The position numbers were made by a program, and so were the translations under genes. Shown here one piece after another: positions 11,201-23,622 of a stretch of 64,000 bases of DNA. The stretch lies in the NCBI GenBank assembly GCA_043228905.1, contig JBHGNT010000009.1:11470001-11534000 (forward strand), given 5' to 3'. This DNA comes from Azolla caroliniana (taxonomy: Eukaryota; Plantae; Polypodiophyta). Within the stretch, counting starts at the first letter, position 1; the number at the start of each line of letters is the position of its first letter. The notes below the pieces were generated by a model. That model was not told where the DNA came from and searched no databases. It saw only the letters and a list, made by a program, of their open reading frames with translations.

Positions 11201-12665
11201 TCACATGATACGATGCGCCCGAGTCCAAGAGCCATGTGCTCGATTCCTTAGTCGTAAGCAGAACTTCTGATTCGTCTGGGTTCCCTATGGACAATATGTT
11301 CGGGTCAGTCATCAAAATTTCAGCTGAAGAGCCGACATAGTTGACCTCCTCATGCCGGCTACTCTTCTGATCCTCTCTCTGAGCTTTGTCGGTTTTTGCT
11401 TTGAGTGCCCGACAGTCGGCTTTGATGTGTCCCGGTTTCTTGCAGTAGTTGCAGATTCGGTTGTCCCGGGACTTGATCCGGCTTCGATGATTGTTCGGCG
11501 GTCGGGAATAACTTCTTCCCCAGTTGTTCGATCGATCGGTCGAACATTGTACTACGTAAGCTTCATCTGTCGAGTCTTTGGCGAAAGACTTTCTCCGAGC
11601 TGCTTCAGTTAGGATTGCGCTTGTGACTTCGGAGTACTTAACTGCAGCTGTTGAAGCATTGCACACGGTTGTAACGAAAGTTTCCCATGAAGAGGGGAGA
11701 CTACTAATGAGTATCATTGCTTTGAGTTCATCCTCAATTGCCGTCCCCTGAGACGAGATTTGGGAGCTTCTGCTTTCGTACTCGTTGAGGTGTGCCTGAA
11801 CCGAATCAGATTCTTTCATCCGCAGGTTGTAGAGGCACTGGATCAGATACTTCTTCGTTGCGGCAACCTTCTTTTCATAAGTTTCCAATAGTGTTTTCCA
11901 AAGTTCAAACGCTGTCGTGCATGATTGCACTGTGAAGTACACTGACTCCAACAAGTGCGTCTGAATTGTGATGCGGACGATTCTGTCCAGCTTTAGCCAC
12001 TCGTTTGGCTTGTATGCTTCTGGAGGATTTTCATTCTCAATCGGGTCTATTTGACCCTTCACTATGAGATATGAAGTGCAAATCGTTGCCGGCCACAACC
12101 AGTTGTACGTGTGCGGAATAATAGTCGATCTAATGGAAAGGAAAAACAAAATACAGAAATTGAGAATGACACATATTTTAACGTGGAAACCCGAACTGGG
12201 AAAAAAGCACATGGAGTCCACAAACTCCGAACAAAACACTATGAGAGAAAGGAATACAATCAAAGATCTCAGAGGCAATGACCTCGAGATCCTGCTTCAC
12301 CAACAGGCGGCTATGGAGCTCACACGCTTCCACTCACTCTCGTTCACTCTCACAGTTACAGAGGCAACAACCTCGTCAACAGTAACCTTACAATAACGCA
12401 CACTTCTAACATGATTGCCCTAAGTGCTTATATACTAATGTAACCTTTCGACTATTTACAAGTTTAGCCTTCCGGGTTGGCTATCTCCACGATTTCCGAT
12501 TTCGGCCTCGGCCGAGTTGCTCATCAGCACGGTTCTTCTCAACTTCCCATCCGGAGGGACTTGTTTCCTAACAAGATAGTCTTGCATTTGTTCCTTCCAG
12601 AAGTTGAAGTTCGAACCGTCAAACCTCCTTAGACTCATCTCCAATGAGCCAAATGTTGATGCCAT
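8233..12665 (-). pseudogene. gag-pol of Copia C (gag-PR-IN-RT-RH), interrupted by a solo LTR
   Basis: ORF fragments 12456-12665, 10974-12071, 10020-10355, 9474-9935, 8950-9498, 8590-8913 and 8233-8433 in Copia domain order. Confidence 0.9.
12072..12573 (-). mobile_element. Solo LTR in gag of C, related to the LTRs at 6546 and 63775
   Basis: TSD AGATA (12067-12071, 12574-12578). Begins TGTTAGGAAACAAGTCCCTCCGGATGGGAAG on the minus strand. Gag rejoins as QDYL|IVKG. Confidence 0.92.
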
Positions 12666-14829
12666 CTGCTTCAGTTTTGGCTGGTAAGACTCGGTTCAGA
12701 GTTGACTACGAACCTTGGTGGGGTGCAGCCGGTCGGCTCACCCGACAACGTTCTAGTCGGTTTTGAACCCGAGTCGGTTTGGTTTTGGATACTTGTTGCT
12801 GAACTTGCTCGGAGTGACTCCGGTAACTTGAGGAATAGAACCGGCTGGTATTCCCGAATGTTGCTGAGTCTGAGTGAGCCCGGTTAGCTTCCGATTGTGT
12901 GCCAAATACCGATTATGTGAAACCGATTGTTTGGGCCGATTTTGCGTCGGATGATTGCAACGATGACAGGGACGGATCCAGCTGATCCTCCCGAATGTTG
13001 ATCAGCCGAGTGAAGCACGAAGTGGTTGTTACCGGGAGACCAATCTGTAGCGGGTGGTTATAGCAAGCGGGTGAATAGCGTCCGATGACCTATTTGGATG
13101 TTGTGTAACCGAATGAAGCATGATTGGGTCGGTTGTTGCTCAAGGAGCTCCCCTCAAGCGGTTACAATCACAGGAATAGAGAACAATCGACTGGCTTACT
13201 CCAAATTGTGATTTAACATAGTGAGATGCGAGATCTTGTCTTTTTTCTTCTCCTTTCTCTGTTTTTCAAAGAAAACGAAAAATAGAATGTTGTGTTTTGC
13301 TATGACGGCCGACAGCGGGTTGAAGAACCTCCAACGCTCTGATACCAAATGTTGGGGACAAGGCCATCGATGCGGAAGTGCAAGTAACATTCGTGATGAA
13401 GAAGAACCTGTGTATGCACGATTAAGATAGACACAGAGGGAGAGAGAGAGAGAGAGAGAGGCACAAAAGGAACCGTTATATTCTAATAGCAACAGTTACA
13501 AAAATAACAACCAACCTTTACTAAAGGTTACAAAGTCACTTTATATAGTGACTATACTAGGGCAACTGCCCTTTATGCTATTTACAGAAATGACCCGAAC
13601 TTGGGCTGTCCAAAGGGACAATGTGAATATGGCCATTATACACTAGTATTCGACAGAAACGACACTCCTCATTCAATCGTGCATGTCGGAGAAGTCCCTT
13701 TAAGCCATGTTAGACAAAAGGGAAAGTTGATGAACGTACTACATGTTCCGACAATCACAAAGAACCTGGTGTCGGTCGGGCAGATCGTTGACCAGGGGAT
13801 GAAGGTGCAGTTCACGCACCACGGGTGCTTCATAGAGGAAGAAGGCCGGATAATCGCACAAGGGCGTAGGGACAAGAGGATGTTCATCCTCGACACCAAC
13901 GATCGAATCAGACATCGATCGTTGGCACAAGCGGAACGACCAAGTCAACTACCGGAGGCTTCAAGAGCTGCAATTGAAACAAGTTGTTTTCGGATTGCCG
14001 AAATTTAGTGGCTGGAAGGTCCGAATTTGTGAAGCCTACCAACTCGGGAAGCAACACCAACTTCCCTTCCCCACAGGAAGAAATTGGATCCATAACAAGC
14101 TTGATCTAATACATTCACATGTATGGGGACCGACACAGAATCTTAGTCTTGGCGGAAGTTGATATTTCGTCTCCTTCATCGACAATTACAACAAGCACAC
14201 ATGGATCTACCTAATCAAAAGGAAAAACGAAGTTTTCGATTGCTTCCGGAACTTACAACGTCTAGTTTGTTGAAATAAGCAAGCTCATTAGTATATTGAG
14301 TTTTTATAACTATGATATAAGTTTTATTTAATAAATAAGTATATATTAAGTAGCCTAGTATATTATTAAAATATAATAATATGATAGATAATATTAATAA
14401 TTAAAATATATATCATAAAGATTTTATATTAGACATATTTATGTATTTACTCTAAAAGTAGTGAGCAAGATAAAAAGTAAAAGAGTAATTCTATGGTGGA
14501 GCAAAGAAGTGTGCATAAAGGAAGAAAAAGAGGAGCAAAGCAGTGGTCAAAAACATATGAAAAAGAAGAACCACTCAAATTAGACATGCAACTAGAAAGA
14601 CACAACTATCTCCATTACATGCCCCATAAGGGATTTACATAATACATAATGTAACGGTAAATAATATGTCTGTTACAAAAAGAGACCGTTACATTCTTGT
14701 CACAAGCACATAATTGTGCATGTTCTCACACATACTCATCCTCACACTCATATAGATTACACATACCGAACAACCCCTTTAACATGTTTTACCCTTATAC
14801 CGCCTCGTACAACTCCTACGGGTAACACA

Positions 14830-14845
14830 TGGCACGCCTGTGGGA
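14830..14845 (+). promoter_or_regulatory. Inverted PBS-like site (tRNA-Arg type) at the PPT position of E
   Basis: TGGCACGCCTGTGGGA, 2 nt from the LTR terminus at 14827. Confidence 0.75.
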
Positions 14846-16060
14846 TAGTGCATCGCACAGTGAACCCACTCGCCATGGAAACTATTAAAGATTGGAACTT
14901 CATCGGTCGTCTCAACGGTCGAAAATCCATCGACCGGATCATAGCTCTACGATCGATAACTTTGATTGGAGCATTGCTTGACTTGAACCTTCTTGTTCGG
15001 TCAGCATGTCGCTCAATTGGATCACACACCAATTGGCTCCTCCATTGAGGCATAGGCCTTTTGTTGAGAGACAAGCTCAACATTCGGTGCGAAGTACGCA
15101 GCATAACCCAGTGCGTAGACTGGGTGCGTGAAAAAGTACGCACAACAGGGCCGCATCGGTGTGAAAACCGAATAGTCCATTAGAGCGTTATTCCTCGTTA
15201 AGGAATAAGTTTGGTAGTTTGTGTAGTTGGCTCATTTATTAGCATTCAAGTACTGGCAATACTTGTGTCAGCTCGATTGTCAGGGCTTCTATATAAGGTG
15301 CTCACTGAGCACGAAGTATGTACACACAGAACAGAGTGTCATTTTTAAATCTGAGTTTTCTATTGTCTGCTCTCTATCCATCTCCATCTCCATCTCTGCG
15401 TTGTCGTGAAGAAAACCGTCCCTTAGCGTAATCGGTGCATAGCACGCGTGAACCGGCTCTTCACGCGTGCACGCCCTTTAATGTATATAATAGAGAATTA
15501 GGTACAAAGGTATATCCTAGGTAGTTAGATTCGGTAGGTAGGAAGTTAATGAGGGAAACGGCTCCCTTCTTGAAGCTATAAAAGAGAGGGAGACGCGGGG
15601 AGTAGAGGATTATTATTTTCTGAGGAGGACGAAGTGTTGTCGGACCGAAACCGAACGCTTCTCCTCTGTTCGTTCCCCATCGCTCTTCTCTGTAGGGTTT
15701 CGAGAGGCTCGCGCTGCTTTGAGGAACGCCCGTGTGCTTCCGGCAGCACCTCCATCCTATCCCCTTCCGTGCGCAGACGAGCAGGCATTCGCATCTGTTC
15801 GCCGGCCTGTTCGGTTGTAACCGCTCGCGTGCTCTGTTGTTTATTTGTCATTCGTTAATATACAAGCATTTGTGTCTCTCTGTCTCTGTGTCCATTCGTG
15901 TCTTCTGCGTTGACAGGGCCGTGTCCCTGTGTTTCTTTGCTCATACGTAACCGAGTGTCTCTCTCTTTCTCTTTCCCCTTCTACCACCTGCTCTTTGGTT
16001 CAAGACCTCGGTGGTCCCGCCTCGTTTCTCCACGGACGCGTGTAGTAACGCGACATCTTT

Positions 16061-16078
16061 TGGTGAACCCGACGTGAA
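16061..16078 (+). promoter_or_regulatory. PBS complementary to tRNA-Trp
   Basis: TGGTGAACCCGACGTGAA is the reverse complement of the plant cytosolic tRNA-Trp 3' end as I recall it (TTCACGTCGGGTTCACCA). Recurs at 22442, 39703 and 58718. Confidence 0.85.
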
Positions 16079-16100
16079 CAAGGCGGCAGAGGAGCAGAAG

Positions 16101-18227
16101 ATGAGGGGGTCGGATCTTGCAGAGGCCATGGCTTCGGCCGTGGACCGGATAGTGAGCGCGCGCGAGGGCACCGGGGCCCTTGACAGTGCTATTGAGGCGA
16201 TCGTCGGTACGATCGGCCGGTTTAGTGGAAAGGATGCCACGAGTTATTTGGCATCCTACCGGGCGGAGATGTTGATGAGGGATATTCCGGAAGAGAGGCG
16301 TCTTGCCGGATTCCCTCGAGTGGCGATGCCAGGCATCCATGCTGAGGTGCTCGAGGTCCGGGTGGAGAGCCGGACCTGGGAGGAGTTCGAAGTATGGCTC
16401 CTTGAGAAATACGGGCTGGGTGATGCGCTTCGGCTTTCGAAGCGGGGCTTCATGGAGTGGGTGGAGTCCCCCAACAAAGGAAGAAATGCGTTGGTACTCC
16501 TCCGGGAGTTTGAGGAACGCTTTGCGCGCCTTTCGGCGCTCGATCGGACCGTTCTGGACACAAGTCGTGTCCTACTGTTTGTCAAATCGGTTGACGCACA
16601 AGATCGGGAGCAAGTGGGCTTCTTATTGGAAACCGAAGACGGGCTGATGGCCGACTGGGCCGCGGTAAAAAGAGTTTGCGGCCTTTTTGACAAACGGTGG
16701 GAGTGGGCTGATACAGGGGCGACCGGGGTGGGTCTTGTCGCAGCAAGGAAGCCCAAACCGATACCACAGGCGCGAAGGGAAGAGACCCGGGAGTGGCTCG
16801 AAACCGGTTCGGCTTCGACCGGCGTGGTCAGAGGCTCGTCCGGGGGAACAGCTTTGGAGGAGTTGACCCGGGCGGTAAAGGATCTCCAGATCGCCCAGGC
16901 TCGGAGGGAAGGCGGCGAACAGGCTCGTGACCGACGGCCTCCGGCAGGAAATAGGTGCATGTGGTGCGACGAGGTCGGCCACATCCGGGAAGACTGCGGG
17001 GACTTTGCGGAGGCTTTGAGAAGTCCGGTAGTGTACCTGTGGGAAGGTCGGGTGCACGCCAGTGATACCCGGAGGGCCCTGAACCGAAATGACGGGCGAG
17101 GAGGAATGAAAAGGCTAATGGAAGAGGCGGCGGCCCGGCACGCGGAGACCGTCTACTACTCGGCATCAGCCGGTATTCGGGTCGGAGGCAACGAGGCCCG
17201 GAAGGAGAGCACAGCCGGGTTCTGGCCGACGATGCTGGAAGGCCTCGCCGGTGCCCGACTAAGGAAAGACGAGGCGGACCGCGCGGAGAAGCGGGGCCAA
17301 GAGGTAACCGGGTGGAGTGACCCGGTCGAAGAAAAGACGGGTTTCGTCGAAGCAGCTTGCCAGAACTACGAGGCTCTGGTTGAAGACAAACGGGTAGGTA
17401 AAACCGGAGGGGCCGGACCCCCACAGAGATACGAAACCCGATTCGGGCCGAAACAGAACGAGGCCGGTGAGACCAGTGCCCGGGATAACCACAAGAAGGG
17501 CGGATACCGGTTGGGCACGGAGATCGAAAGGACCACGGACCTACGAAAGGTCCTGGAAGAACGAATCCTCGACAGCAAGGTGGAACTGTCGTTGCGGGAG
17601 GTGCTCGGAATCGCCAAGAAGGAGTTCCACGACTCCATCGTAGACTTGGTGAAGAGGAAGAGGCTGTCGACGGAGACAGAACCGGAAACGCCGGTGGAGG
17701 TGCGGACGACGCACATAGAGGACATGGCGCTGGAAGACGAGTGGGCAGAGAGCCACTATTCGAGGCCACACTGGGCCCGAGCGACCACGGAAACCCCGGT
17801 GAAGATCGGAGATGTTCAGGAACCGGTGGTGGCGCTGGTGGACCACGGTTCGGAAATAAACCTGATGTCCATGGACTTCTACAAGAAGGGAAAATGGACG
17901 ATCAACACCAAGCACGGGTGGAAGATATGGGCGGCGACGCGCGCCATCGAGGAACTACACGAGGCCTACCCAAACGTGCGAGTCAAGATCGGCGATGTCG
18001 AGATAGACCAGCACTTCTTTGTGCAGGAGACGTCCTCGCACCCGGTCATACTGGGAGAACCGTATATTACGGCGGCACGGATGGAGACCAAGGTGCTGGA
18101 CAACGGGTCGGCTTACGCGAGGGTCAAGAGTCAGAATGGGCATCATTCGGTCCAGTTCCTTACGGTGCGACCAAACCACGAGCGAAACCGCGAGTCCCTC
18201 GGTGGCGAGAACCGAAAGGATTTTTAG
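16101..18227 (+). CDS. Gag-protease ORF of H (intact frame)
   Basis: Zinc knuckle CMWCDEVGHIREDC and aspartic protease LVDHGSEINLM in the same ORF. First ATG after the PBS taken as start. Confidence 0.85.
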   Translation: MRGSDLAEAMASAVDRIVSAREGTGALDSAIEAIVGTIGRFSGKDATSYLASYRAEMLMRDIPEERRLAGFPRVAMPGIHAEVLEVRVESRTWEEFEVWLLEKYGLGDALRLSKRGFMEWVESPNKGRNALVLLREFEERFARLSALDRTVLDTSRVLLFVKSVDAQDREQVGFLLETEDGLMADWAAVKRVCGLFDKRWEWADTGATGVGLVAARKPKPIPQARREETREWLETGSASTGVVRGSSGGTALEELTRAVKDLQIAQARREGGEQARDRRPPAGNRCMWCDEVGHIREDCGDFAEALRSPVVYLWEGRVHASDTRRALNRNDGRGGMKRLMEEAAARHAETVYYSASAGIRVGGNEARKESTAGFWPTMLEGLAGARLRKDEADRAEKRGQEVTGWSDPVEEKTGFVEAACQNYEALVEDKRVGKTGGAGPPQRYETRFGPKQNEAGETSARDNHKKGGYRLGTEIERTTDLRKVLEERILDSKVELSLREVLGIAKKEFHDSIVDLVKRKRLSTETEPETPVEVRTTHIEDMALEDEWAESHYSRPHWARATTETPVKIGDVQEPVVALVDHGSEINLMSMDFYKKGKWTINTKHGWKIWAATRAIEELHEAYPNVRVKIGDVEIDQHFFVQETSSHPVILGEPYITAARMETKVLDNGSAYARVKSQNGHHSVQFLTVRPNHERNRESLGGENRKDF

Positions 18228-21200
18228 AGAGGGCTGTCAAGGCGTGGGGCCGCGATAGTTCGGACACTCCGGGAAGACCCCACAAATGTATGATAAATGC
18301 GAAACCGAAGAAACCTTGTACCATAAGTAGGAAGTTTTGTTTCTCCGACAACGGAGGGTGTACGATAGTTGGCGTCGTTGGCCGAGAGAAGGCAAGGGCG
18401 GAAGAGCGATTTCGGGCGTGCGGAGTTCTCAGGCCCAGCCAGGAAATCAACGGAGCCGTGGAGGCGGTCACCTTGGGAATATTGTGAGAGGTGGTCGGAG
18501 AGGGCCTTAAAGAGGACCGGACGATACCGGTTTGTTCAGAAGAGATGTACGAAGTCATCGCGGACTTCAGTCGAGGGCTCAAGTCGGATCGGACGGCTTG
18601 GGTTAACACGAAGTACAAGACTGTGGACCGGAAGGTAAGGCCAGTCGCGGCACCCTTACCGGAGGGCAACAAGTTGCGAATCAAGGGGGTCGCGTCGGAC
18701 CCCAGTTTACGAGATCCGGCCTGCATAGGACACACCTTCACTGACAGAATGCTACGGGAGCTCAAAATCGGTGGGGGGGGGTTCCTACTGCCGGCGGAAG
18801 AAGACCGGTTTCGGAGAATGCTCGGAAGGCACGGGAAAGCCTTCACATTCTCCCCGGAAGAGATCGGGTGCGTAGACCCGACAGTCATGAAGCCGATGGT
18901 GATATTCACGGTACCGCATGTGCCGTGGAATCTCAAACCAATTCCGGTACCGAGAGCTCACATCCCGGAGCTAATGGAGTTGTTGAGGCAGAAAGTCGAT
19001 ATGGGCATCCTCGAACCGTCGAGTGCGCCGTACTCGAACCGGTGGTTTACCGTACCAAAGAAGAACAGGACGTTGCGCTTCATTCAAGACCTGCAACCGG
19101 TCAACAGAGTGACCATTCGGAACGCAGGAATCGGACCAACGATAGACGAGTTTGCGGAGGCCTTCGCCGGAAGGTCGATCTACTCGGTCGGAGATCTATA
19201 CTCGGGGTACGATCAGTTCCAACTAGCCGTGGAAAGCATAGACATTACAACGATGTGGACTCCTCTCGGCCTAGTGCGGATGTGTACCCTGCCACAAGGA
19301 GGGACGAACTCGGTGGCCCACATGGTGAATGTGATGAACAAGGTGCTGAGGGATTGTATCCCGGACATCACCATGCCATTCTTGGACGACATCCCGATCA
19401 AGGGATGTCCGGTGGAGGAAAGGGACGAAACGATCGGACCGGAAGGATGTCGGAAATTCGTGGCAACACACATTGACGACTGCGAGAGGATGCTGCAGAG
19501 GCTAGAGGACGCGAGGCTCACCTTCGCCGGGGAGAAATCGGCCTTCAGGCAATCAGAGATCATGGTCGTTGGACATCTATGCGGACCGTATGGCCGGAAA
19601 CCGTCTCCGGCTAAGGTGGAAGCCATCTCTGCAATGAAGCCCGACTGTAACTCGGTCACGGAGGTACGGAGGTTCTTGGGAGCATGCGCGTTCTACCACA
19701 TATGGATCCCGCATTACACCCACGTTGCCGAGCCGCTATACAGGTTGCTGAAAAAGGGGCGAAAATTCGAGTGGCGAGACGAGCGTACGGAGTCGGTTCG
19801 AAAGATGAAGGAGGCTCTTGCTGCAGCTCCGGCACTCCGGAAGGCTGTCTACGAGAAAGGCACTCCCATCTACATAACGGTAGATACAAGTCCGACCTGG
19901 ATCGGATGGGTCGTCAACCAAGAAGATAAGGACAGCATTCGGTTCCCAATCCGGTTCGGCGCGAAGGTCCTCAGCGAGTGACAGCGAGGATACGCCCAGG
20001 TTAAACGCGAACTCTGGGGTATCGTTTCGGCGGTGAAGGCCGATAAAGACTATCTGATCGGGACAGAGGTGATTATCGAGACGGACTGCCTGCCGATTCT
20101 CGGCATGGTTTCCGGATGCGCAACCCCGGACCTGGCAATGCTCAGGTGGATAGCGTACATCAAGTCCCTGGATCCGGAAATACGGCACATTTCTGGGAAA
20201 GACAACGCCATGGCCGACATGCTTTCGAGGGCGTGATTCGACGACGAGGGCGGCATGGTTTCGGAGGACGAGGAAGTGGGCGTGGACTTCTTCGAGGCGG
20301 CTTACGTAACAACCGAAGGGGGGAGCACTCCGGCGCTTAACGATTTCAACGAGAGCAAGTACAACGGGGAGTGGCTACAGATCGGAGGGTTCCTGAAGAC
20401 AATGACGCCGGACGCGTCATGGACAAAGAACGAGGCCAACCGGATCCGGAAGAAAGCATACCGATTCTTCGTCCGGGACGGGTACATATGGAAGCACCCG
20501 AAGAAGAGGAACGACATCCCACTCCGAGTGGTGGCAAAGAAGGAGGAACAGGAGGATTTGCTGGCGGCGTACCACGAAAGCCCGTGGGGTGGACACTGTG
20601 GGACGTGGGCCACGTTCGAGAAACTAAAGGGGAAGTACTGGTGGCCGGGACTATACCGGGACGTGCATCGGTTCGTGACAACTTGTGAGAGCTGTCAGAT
20701 ACACTCCATAGTCCGACATTGGGACGAGCTTAACCCTACATACCCTCCGTCCATCCACTTCAAATGGATGGTAGATTTGGTGACGATGCCGATGGGCGTA
20801 GGGCAGATGCGATATCTGGTGCTGGCCCGGGAGGACCTAACGAACCAGGTGGAAGGCCGAGCCCTGCAGAACAAAACGACTGCGGCCGTGTGTCGGTTCC
20901 TGATCGAGGACGTGATATGCCGGTACGGATGCGTCGGGAAGATCGTGGCTGACCGTGGGGAGTTGGACGCCGAAGAGGCCGAGGAGCTGTTCAACCAGTT
21001 AGGGGTCAAGCTCTCGCTCACCACAGCGTACAATCCGGAGGCGAACGGGAAGGTGGAGCGTGGACACGGACCGATCGTCAAAGCGCTAGTCCGGGCGTGC
21101 GGAGGCCAGGTCGGGAACTGGCCACGACTGTTACCTTATGCCTTCTGGGCGGACCGGACAACGCACTGTTCGGTAACCGGGTTCATGCCGTCAGAGCTCA

Positions 21201-21793
21201 TGTTCGGACAGAAGCCTATCATGCCAATGGAACGAACGATCTCCTCTTGGGCAACAGTGGACTGGAGAGACGAGATGAGCCGGGAAGAACTGATAGCGGC
21301 GCGTATATGGCAGCTCGAGCGGAGGCCAGAGGACGTGGAACGAGCGGCGGAGAGACTTCGGACGGCGAGGATGAGGAACAAAGCCCGGTTCGACCGAACG
21401 CACCGGCTCCGACCAAAGAAAATCAAGGAAGGCGACTGGGTGCTAGTCTACGACAGCAGCCTCGACAATCAGCACCGGGCAACACGGAAGTTTGCAAAGC
21501 GGTGGTTCGGGCCTTACGTGGTAACAAGCGCCAACGACAACAGGACGTATCACCTGGCGGAACTCGATGGTACGAGGATGGCGATACCGGTAGAAGGGAA
21601 GCGGATCAAAGCATTCAAGAAGCGCCACGACGACGAACCGGATCTAAGAGGCCTGGACAGCGATGACGAACAGTCTGAAACGGAGGACGAACCGATGGAC
21701 GAGGAACCGGAACTCGGACCGGTTTTCTCCAACCAGAACCCAATTTTGGCGCATACAGGTGGATGCGCGGTTAGGTGGGGGCGGATGTTGTGA
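18218..21793 (+). pseudogene. RT-RNase H-integrase of H in the -1 frame, three in-frame TGA stops
   Basis: DLYSGYDQFQL, LPQGGTNS, FLDDIPIKG, TVDTS, ETDC, H..C..C zinc motif, ADRGE, NGKVERGH, WFGPY. Segments 17741-18487, 18491-19981, 20033-20236 and 20255-21793 share one frame. Confidence 0.9.
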
Positions 21794-23622
21794 AGAAAAC
21801 CGTGCCTTAGCGTAATCGGTGCATAGCGCGCGTGAACCGGCTCTTCACGCGTGCGCGCCCTTTAATGTATATAATAGAGAATTAGGTACAAAGGTATATC
21901 CTAGGTAGTTAGATTTGGTAGGTAGGAAGTTAATGAGGGAAACGGCTCCCTTCTTGAAGCTATAAAAGAGAGGGAGATGCGGGGAGTAGAGGATTATTAT
22001 TTTCTGAGGACGAAATGTTGTCGGATTGAAACCGAACGCTTCTCCTCTGTTTGTTCCCCATCGCTCTTCTCTACAGGGTTTCGGGAGGCTCGCGATGCTT
22101 CGAGGAACACCCGTGTGCTTCCGGCAGCACCTCCATCCTATCCCCTTTCGTGCGTAGACGAGCAGGCATTCGCATCTGTTCGCCGGCCTATTCGGTTGTA
22201 ACCGCTCGCGTGCTCTGTTGTTTATTTGTCATTTGTTAATATACAAGCATTCGTGTCTCTCTGTCTCTGTGTCCATTCGTGTCTTCTGCGTTGACAAGGC
22301 CGTGTCCTTGTGTTTCTTTGCTCATACGTAACCGAGTGTCTCTCTCTTTCTCTTTCCCCTTCTACCACCTGCTCTTTGGTTCAAGACCCCGGTGGTCCCG
22401 CCTCGTTTCTCCATGCACGCGCGTAGTAACGTGACATCTTTTGGTGAACCCGACGTGAACAAGGCGGCAGAGGAGCAGAAGATGAGGGGGTCAGATCTTG
22501 CAGAGGCCATGGCTTCGGCCGTGGACCGGATAGTGAGCGCGTGCGAGGGTGCTGGGGCCCTTGACAGGGCTATTGAGGCGATTGTCGGTACGATCGGCCG
22601 GTTTAGTGGAAAGGATGCCACGAGTTATTTGGCGTCCTACCGGGCGGAGATGTTGATGAGAGATATTCCGGAAGAGAGGCGTGTTGCCGGATTCCCTCGA
22701 GTGGCGATGCCGGGCATCCATGCGGAGGTGCTCGAGGTCCGAGCGGAGAGCCGGACCTGGGAGGAGTTCGAAGTACGGGTCCTAGAGAAATACGGGCTGG
22801 GTGACGCGCTTCGGCTTTCGAAGCGGGGCTTCATGGAGTGGGTGGAGTCCCCCAACAAAGGAGGAAATGCGTCGGTACTCCTCTGGGAGTTTGTAGTTAG
22901 ATTCGGTAGGTAGGAAGTTAATGAGGGAAACGGCTCCCTTCTTGAAGCTATAAAAGAGAGGGAGACGCGGGGAGTAGAGGATTATTATTTTCTGAGGAGG
23001 ACGAAGTGTTGTCAGACCAAAACCGAACGCTTCTCCTCTGTTCGTTCCCCATCGCTCTTCTCTACAGGGTTTCGGGAGGCTCTCACTGCTTCGAGGAACG
23101 CCCGTGTGCTTCCGGCAGCACCTCCATCCTATCCCCTTTCGTGCGCAGACGAGCAGGCATCGACATCTGTTCGCCGTCCTGTTCGGTTGTAACCGCTTGC
23201 GTGCTCTGTTGTTTATTTGTCATTCGTTAATATACAAGCATTCGTGTCTCTCTGTCTCTGTGTCCATTCGTGTCTTCTGCGTTGACAGGGCCGTGTCCCT
23301 GTGTTTCTTTGCTCATACATTACCGAGCGTCTCTCTCTTTCTCTTTCCCCTTCTACCACCTGCTCTTTGGTTCAAGACCCCGGTGGTCCCGCCTCGTTTC
23401 TCCACGCACGCGCATAGTAACGCGACAACGTTTTCTATGTTTTATCGAATTGTCTTATTCCTCCAAACTGTGTACTTTGTGTTTTACGCACACGCTTGCG
23501 ACAACATATACTTTTACATGGTATCAGAGCGTGAGGGTTGAAGTCCTCTGTAGCCGACAAGAAAAGTTTGTGAAGAAACAGAGTTGAAGTTGTTCGTTTT
23601 CGGAGAAGAAAAAGATAGTACT

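Larger units (their letters stand above)
7724..13655 (-). mobile_element. Full-length Ty1/Copia element C (Tnt1-like), gag-pol with stops and frameshifts
   Basis: LTRs 7724-8031 and 13350-13655 (~9 substitutions by eye). TSD GAAAC. PBS-Met at 13336-13347, PPT next to 8032. Gag zinc knuckle CNYCKKPGHIKADC, protease LLDSGASYH, RT QLDVKTAFLHG and YVDDML. Confidence 0.95.
15402..23427 (+). mobile_element. Ty3/Gypsy element H, tandem three-LTR structure (LTR1 15402-16055, LTR2 21786-22436, partial LTR3 22893-23427)
   Basis: LTRs TGTCGTGAAG...GCGACA. tRNA-Trp PBS after LTR1 and LTR2. 4-bp TSD GCGT/ACGT confirmed against the empty site in the other B LTR. Confidence 0.93.

Noticed and set aside
12072-12278. 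Hydrophobic signal/env-like N-terminus of the 434-aa ORF
   Set aside because: Read-through from the inserted solo LTR; true gag starts at 12665
14280-14450. Extremely AT-rich tract as origin or MITE
   Set aside because: Part of the U3 of Copia D's LTR; no terminal inverted repeats or TSD
16256-21732. Numerous long antisense and alternate-frame ORFs over H (and I)
   Set aside because: Shadow ORFs of GC-rich gag-pol with no recognisable motifs
21749-21770. Apparent covarying hairpin before the H/I PPT (GCGCAT/ATGCGC versus GCACAT/ATGTGC)
   Set aside because: Both changes are CpG transitions expected from methylation decay, so they are not evidence of selection
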